A DNA stretch of 64,000 nt from Felis catus (taxonomy: Eukaryota), in assembly GCF_018350175.1 (NCBI RefSeq), contig NC_058368.1, positions 91,948,001-92,012,000 of the forward strand, written 5' to 3'. Position 1 is the stretch's first letter; every line of letters begins with the position of its first letter. Made by a program: the position numbers and the translations under genes. Positions 57,201 through 64,000 of the stretch are shown piece by piece. The notes below the pieces were generated by a model. It was given only the letters and a program-made list of their open reading frames with translations, was not told where the DNA came from and did no database searches.

Positions 57201-60200
57201 AGTTTTCAGCCTTAATTCTTCAAATAGGTTTTCAGTCTCTTTTACTCTCTCCTCTCCTTCTGGGACCCCAATATGTGAATGTTAGTACACTTGATGTTGT
57301 CCCAGAGGCCCCTTCAATGATCTTGTTTTTAATTCTTGTTTCTTTTTACTGTCCCAGTTATGTGGTTTCCACTACCGTCTTCCAGATCACTGATCCATTC
57401 TTCCGTATCATCTAATCTACGTTTATTCCCTCTAGTATATATTTCCTTTTCCTTATTGTATTCTTCAGCTCTGATTGCTTTTTTATTTTCTGTCTCTTGG
57501 TTTAAGTTCTCACTGTGTTTATCCATTCTTCTCCCCAAGTTTGGTAAGCATCTTTCTGACCATTACTTTGAACTCTTTATTAGGTATATTGCTATCTTGA
57601 TTTTATTTAGTTCTTTTTCTCAGGTTTTGTCTTGTTCTTTGATTTAAAACATATTTCTCTGTCTCATTTTGCACGACTGTCTGCGTCTTTTAAATTTTTT
57701 TTTAATGTTTTTACTTATTTTTGAGACAGAGACAGAGCATGCAGGGGAGGGGCAGAGAGAGGGGGAGACACAGAATCTGAAGCAGTCCCCAGGCTCTGAG
57801 CTGTCAGCACAGAGCCTGATGCAGGGCTCAAACTCACGGAGTGTGAGATGGTGACCTGAGCGGAAGTCGGACGCTCAACCGACTGAGCCACCCAGGGGCC
57901 CCTGTCTGCATTTGTTTCTATGTATTAGGTAGTTCAATTACCTCCCCGTCTTGAAGGAATGGCCTTACATAGATGTCCTGTGGGGCCCAGAAGAGCAATT
58001 CCTCCTGGCCACCAGAGCCAGGTGCTCCATGGGTGTTCCCTGCATAGGCTACGTGCACCCTTGTGTTGTGGCAGGCCTGCACCTCCTGTGGGCACACTGT
58101 CGGGTGGAGTTGGCCCACTGCCTGGCTGGCATTGCTGTAAGCCTGCTAGTGCGAGGCCCCCAGGTGCCCAGGTTCTAGGCTGTTGTTTGTGGGAACTTAT
58201 TACCAATTTTTTCTTTTTACTTGCTGTAGGTCTTTTCTTTCTTGAGAGAGAGAGAGAGGGAGGGAGCACACACTAGCAGGGGAGGGACAGAGGGAGAGAG
58301 AGAATCTTAAAGCAGGCTTCACGCTGAGCACAGAGCCTGACGCAGGGCTCAATCTCACAACCATCAGATCATGACCTGAGCCAAAATCAAGAGTCAGACA
58401 CTTAACCGACTGAGCCACCCAGGTCCCCATACTTGCTATATGTCTCTTACATTTTCTGTTTCTTTTAGAGTCGATGTCAGTAGTTTTCATCTTTTAAGAA
58501 TTTGTGCATTTCATCTCCACTGTCTAGCTCACTGACATACATTTTTTCATATTCTTCCCTTATAATCCTTTTTGCTTCTTTAAGATTGGTAGTGATGGGT
58601 CCTCTCATTCCTAATTTTAGACATTTAAGTATTTATCTTTGGCAGTCTAGTTGAGGTTGGTCAATTTTATCTATCTTCTCAACCAACTTTTGATTTTGTT
58701 TTTTTTTTTTTTCTGTTGTTTTTATTTCCATGTATTTCCACTCCAATCTTTAGGATTCCCTTCCTTCTGCTTGCTTTTGGTTTTGATTGCTCTTTTGTGT
58801 AGTTTCTTAGTAGGGGGGGAGTTAGATTATTCGAGATCTGTTTTCTAACACATGTAATTACAGACATAAATCTTCATGTAATTACTACTTTCACTGCATC
58901 CCGTAAATTTTGGCATGTTGTGTTTTCATTGTCATTAACCTGTATTTTTATTTTCTATTTTTTTAATGTTTTACTTACTTATTTTGAGGGGGGAGGGGCA
59001 GAGAGAGAGGGAGAGAGATAATGCTAAACAGACTCTGATGCAGGCTCCATCTCACAAACCATGGCATTCATATGTATTTTTAAATGCCCTTGTGGGGAGC
59101 CTGGGTGGCTCAGTCGGTTGAGCTCCCGACTTCGGCTCAGGTCCTGATCTCACGGTGCGTGAGTTTGAGCCCCATGTTGGGCTCTGTGCTGACAGTTCGG
59201 AGCCTGGAGCCTGCTTCAGATTCTGTGTGTGCCTCTCTGCACCTCCCCCACTCGCTCGCTCTCTCAAAAATAAACATTAAAAAAATTTTTTTAAGGGTCC
59301 TTGTGACTTTGACCTATTGATGCACTTGAGAAGACTGTTTATTCCGCTCTGTATGCGTCTGTTAGGTCTAGTTGGCTTATAGTGTTGTTCACACATCTTG
59401 TTTCCATGTTGATCTTCTGTGGGGGTTCTCTCAATGACTGAAAATGAGAGACTGAACTCTCCAGTTGTCACTGAGTTGTGTATTTCTCCTTTCAGTTCTG
59501 TCAGTGCTTACTTTGTGTATTTTGGGGCTCTGTTTTTAAGTACAAATGTGTTTGTAATGGTCACGTCCTTTGGATAGATGGACTCTTTTGGCATAAGAAA
59601 CTACTTGTCAATGTTGCTAAGAACAATTTTGATCTGCAAGTCTTTTACTTCTATTAGTACAGCTCCTCCAGCTCTTCTGCTGTTTACAGTGTGCCATCTC
59701 CACACTTTTGCTTTCAACCCACTTGTTTTGTCTTTACCAGTGCTCTTCATTTCTTCATGTGAATTTGAGTTACTATCTGATCACTTTTCACCTCAGCCTG
59801 AAAAAACACCGTTAGTATTTTTTGTAAAGTAGATCTGCTAGTGACACATTTTTTCAGTATTTGGAATTGTCTTCATTCCCCCTTTCATTTTTATTTATTT
59901 TTTAAACATGCAGTTTCTCTAACACATAGTTTTTAATTTTTTAAGTTTTCTTTAATGTTTATATATGTATTTTGAGAGAGAGCACACGAGCAGGGGAGGA
60001 GCAGAGAGAAAGGGAGAGGGAGGATCCCAAGCAGGCTCCACACTGTCAGCACACAGCCAGACACGGGGCTCAATCTCACAAACCGTGAGATCGTGACCTG
60101 AGCTGAAATCAAGAGTCAGATGCTTATCCAACTGGGGTGCCCTAATCTTTTTCTTTCATTACTTGCAATATGTCACCCCACTGCCCCCGCCCTTTGTGGT

Positions 60201-62193
60201 TTCTGATGAGGAATCAGCTGTTAATCTTGTTGAGGATCTCTTGCATATGGTGAGTCATTTCTCTCTTGCTTTCAGTATTCTTTTTTTAATTGCGCTATAA
60301 TTGGCATATGGTATTATATTAGATTCATACAACATGATTCAATTATTTGTCTGTATTCTAAAGTGACCACAAGTCCAGTTAGCATCCATTACCACAGGTA
60401 TGTTTTTTTCCCCATAAGAACTTTTAAGATCTACTCTCTTAGCAGCTTTCAAATATATGATACAGCATCATTAACTACAGTCACCATGCTGCACATTACA
60501 TCCCCATGATGTAGTCATTTTATAACTAGAAATTTGTCACCTTTTGACCACCTTCACCCATTTCTCCTACTTTCCTTGTCCTTGTGTCTCTTTCCCTCTC
60601 CTCCTCTCCTCCTGGGACTCCCATTTGCAAATACTGGTTTGCGTCATTGTGTCCCACAGGTTGCTGAAACTCTGTTCACGGTTTCATTCTGGTTTTCACA
60701 CAGGACTATCTCAATTGACAGATCTTCAAATCTGCTGATTCCTTCATCTCTTTGCCCAAATCTACTGTTGAGCCTCTCTGGTGAATTTTTCATTAGTTAC
60801 TGTGCTTTTCAACTCCATAATTCCCATTTAGTTCTTTTTTGAAATTTCTGTCTCTTGGGGCACCTGGGTGGCTCAGTCAGTTGAGCACCTGACTTTGGCT
60901 CGGGTCCTGATCTCACAGTGCATGAGTTCCAGCCCTGCATTGGGCGGTCTGCTGTCAGTGTGGAACCCGCTTTGGATCCTCTTTCTCCCTCTCTCTCTGC
61001 CCCTCCCCTGTTTGCACCCTCTCTCTCTCAAAAAATAAACATTAAAAAACAATTTGTCAGGGGCACCTGGGTGGCTCAGTCGGTCAGGCGGCCGACTTCA
61101 GCTCAGGTCATGATCTCGCGTGGTCCGTGAGTTCGAGCCCCACGTCGGGCTCTGTGCTGACAGCTCAGAGCCTGGAGCCTGTTTCAGATTCTGTGTCTCC
61201 CTCTCTCTGACCCTCCCCCATTCATGCTCTGTCTCTCTCTGTCTCAAAAATAAATAAACGTTAAAAAAAAAATTTTTTTTTAATTTGTCTCTTTAATGAT
61301 ATTCTGTATTTGGTGAGACGTCATTTTCATGCTTTGCTTTTTTAGTTCCTGCAGTATGGTTTCAACTTTAACATACATGCATAACATCTGATTTAAAAGG
61401 TTTGTCTAGCGGCACCTGGGTGGCTCAGTCGGTTAAGCATCCGACTTCAGCACAGGTCCTGATCTCATGGCTTGTGGGTTCAAGCCCAGCATCAGGTTCT
61501 GTGCGGACAGCTCAGAGCCTGGAGCCTGCTTCAGATTTTGTCTCTCTCTCTGCCCCTCCCCAGTTTGTGCTCGTTCTCTCACTCTCTCAAATACAAACAT
61601 CAAAAAATAATAAAGTAAATTAAAATTAAAAACATATAATGTTTGTCTAGGAAGGCCACCATCTTGGCTTCCCCAGGGACAGTTTCTATTGATTGTTCCT
61701 CACCCCCATGTAGGAATCCTGCTTTCTTCTTTCCTTGCAGGTTTCATAATTTTCTTTTGAAAACTGGACAATAATCCACCAACTTTGGAAATCACTTTCC
61801 CTCCTTATAATTTGGTATTTTTTATTACTGTTTGTGTAATGCCTTTTCCGAACTAAGTCTGTGAAGTTTGTATTCTGTGTCACACATGATCTCTTTAGTC
61901 TTTGCTTGGGTGGCTTACTGATCATCTAATGATTGGACAGATATCTTAAATATCTTTCAGCCTTTGACAGATGGTTCCACGTGTGTTAGGGCAGGACTTC
62001 AACACTCAGCCATGCAGCCTACAACTGTCTCAGCCTTCACTTCCTCCTTCTGCAGGGCCTCAAGATAGCCAGTGGTGAGAGCTTAGAGCTTTTCAGGTCT
62101 TTCCTGAAAAGGCAATGGCACAGGGCATGAGCATATCTCTATGTGTATGCATGACCTTCTAGATTCTCCAGGACTATGTCAGAACTTGTTCAT

Positions 62194-62620
62194 TTTTTTT
62201 TTTTTTTTAAATGTTTATTTTGAGGGGCGCCTGGGTGGCTCAGTCGGTTAAGCGTCCGACTTCAGCTCAGGTCACGATCTCACGGTCTGTGAGTTCGAGC
62301 CCCACGTCGGGCTCTGGACTGATGGCTCAGAGCCTGGAGCCTGCTTCTGATTCTGTGTCTCCCTCTCTCTCTGACCCTCCCCGTTCATGCTGTCTCTGTC
62401 TCAAAAATAAATAAATGTTAAATAAATAAAATAAAATAAAATAAATGTTTATTTTGAGAGAGCACGTGCATGTGTGTGCGCATGTGGGGTATGGACAGAG
62501 GAAGAATCCCAAGCAGGCTCTGCGCTGTTAGCACAGAGCCCGACGCGGAGTTCCATCTCACAAACCATGGGATCCTGACCTGAGCCACAATCAGTCGGAG
62601 ACTTAACCACTCAGGCGCCC
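62194..62620. mobile_element. Antisense SINEC with a sense SINEC (62224-62442) inserted in its tail
   Basis: Outer TSD cttgttcat; inner TSD aaatgtttattttga. Confidence 0.9.
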
Positions 62621-63044
62621 CTTGTTCATCTTCTGTTGCTCCTCTGGAGTGATCTTGGGGCCACACGTCAACCTATTGTGCCAGTTCAGCATCTTGGCCA
62701 GGTCATGGTTCCAAACAAAAGATGCTATAATACATACACTCCACACCTTTTAACAAGTTCATGGTTTATAATACTATACAGTAAGTAGCCTTGGTCCATC
62801 CCCTGTGTCCGTTCCACACATAATTTGTTTTGGACGGATTAGAAATCCGCCTCATGGCAGACTCACCTAGGAAGCTTCTTATGCTCTCAAGCATGGGACT
62901 CTGCTCACAGATTTTGAAGATGATCTAGCAAGACACCATTACCCATTAGAAAAAAATTCCAAGCCTTTTTGAGGATGGGAGCGCCTGGAATTTTGTAGAC
63001 AAATGATGGGAATGTGATAAGACAACTACTTCAGAAGAGTCTTA

Positions 63045-63607
63045 ACAGTTTTTTTTATAAAGCTCAACACACATTGATCATACAACCCAGCAGCTCCACT
63101 CCTAAGAGAAATGAGAACATACGTTTGCACAAAGCCTTGTTAGAAATGTTCTCAACGGTTTTATTCGTAATAGCCAAAAAAATAAAAAAATAACGCAAGG
63201 GGCCATTAACGGGAGATTGCACAGACAAATGGCAACATCCATATCGTGGAATACTAGCACCAATAAAATGAACAAACTGATCCACATAAGACAGGAAATT
63301 TTCAAAACCATGTTGTGCAGAAGCGGCCAAGCACAGAAGGGAACATCCTCTGCGATTTCATTCATACATTCTGGAAAAGACAAAACTGTACTGACAGCAA
63401 GTGGTTGCCTGGGCCAGTAGTGGAGGGACACAAGGAACTTTCAGGGGGTGGTGGAAACGTTTGGTATCTGCGTTGTGGTGGAGGCTCCACAGGTCTATAT
63501 ACTTGTCAAATTGCACTGAACTATATACACTGGAAATATATGCAGTTTGTTGTATATACACTATAGCTCAATAGTTTTCTTTTTAAGTATGTTTAAAAAA
63601 AAAAAAT
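63045..63607 (+). mobile_element. Old L1M 3' fragment
   Basis: catacaacccagcagctccactcct...tttattcgtaatagccaaaa...gtggttgcctggg...A-tail. Confidence 0.8.
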
Positions 63608-64000
63608 AGTCTGCAAGAGACAGCCTTACTCCTAACTTTCTGTAACACAGGTCCCCACTCAGACACCTGCAAAGCCAGGCAGAGGAAGAGAGTCCAAGCA
63701 GTCAGGGTGCCCAAAGGGGACAGACAGCCAGTTCCTGTGTAGACAGGCCAGGTTTAAGTCAAGAATACATATTTACCATTAGCACCTAATTCAAAGCTTT
63801 TGATGCCATGCAAGCCACAAACAAATCCTCAGGCCACATGTGGCTTACGGTCCGCTGACTTATGGTCTGCACCCTAAAATCTGTCAAACAGAGCACTGAG
63901 CCAAATGACAGAGTGGCTTTTCCTGGGTGTGGCTCCAGCATGGTGCTCTTGACCCTCTCTGAAGGAGGTGATGGGAACGAGTCCAATGCTCTGGGTCTGG

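Larger units (their letters stand above)
42870..62190 (-). mobile_element. Mosaic of nested, decayed LINE-1 fragments (mostly antisense to PHYKPL) with more than 20 SINEC insertions
   Basis: Minus-strand ORF remnants resemble L1 ORF2 ([49 protein letters not shown]) and ORF1 (MNPKRPTPRHVIIKMSK); T-rich + strand; many stops and frameshifts. Confidence 0.92.

Noticed and set aside
62820..62970. Faint resemblance of DDLARHHYPL to circovirus Rep and of VAPRSL (minus strand, nearby) to bornavirus N
   Set aside because: Motif spacing does not fit and the similarity is too short; kept only as an unassigned segment.

Overview
Mammalian nuclear DNA, almost certainly felid, judged from the young SINEC_Fc-type carnivore SINEs. 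It holds two tandem + strand genes. (1) The 3' part of COL23A1 (transmembrane collagen XXIII): 23 small phase-0 GT-AG exons (867-27325, 396 codons, ending ...[17 protein letters not shown]), a terminal exon that begins with the TGA stop (27746) and an AATAAA at 28763. (2) PHYKPL (AGXT2L2, 5-phosphohydroxy-L-lysine phospho-lyase, class-III PLP fold): CpG-island promoter at about 32.3 kb and exons 1-8 (32444-41553, 309 codons including the PLP lysine). After exon 8 there is more than 22 kb of LINE-1/SINE-packed intron with no exon 9 in the window. Nearly all supplied ORFs are spurious. I found no new multi-gene system. The best leads are an in-frame Cys-bearing cassette exon in the COL23A1 C-terminal domain, a TA-flanked DNA-transposon MITE nested inside a carnivore SINE tail, repeated same-site SINE insertions or duplication, a possible fossil collagen exon, and an unassigned ~420 bp segment near 62.6-63.0 kb. 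Gene and repeat family names come from recalled sequences, not database searches.
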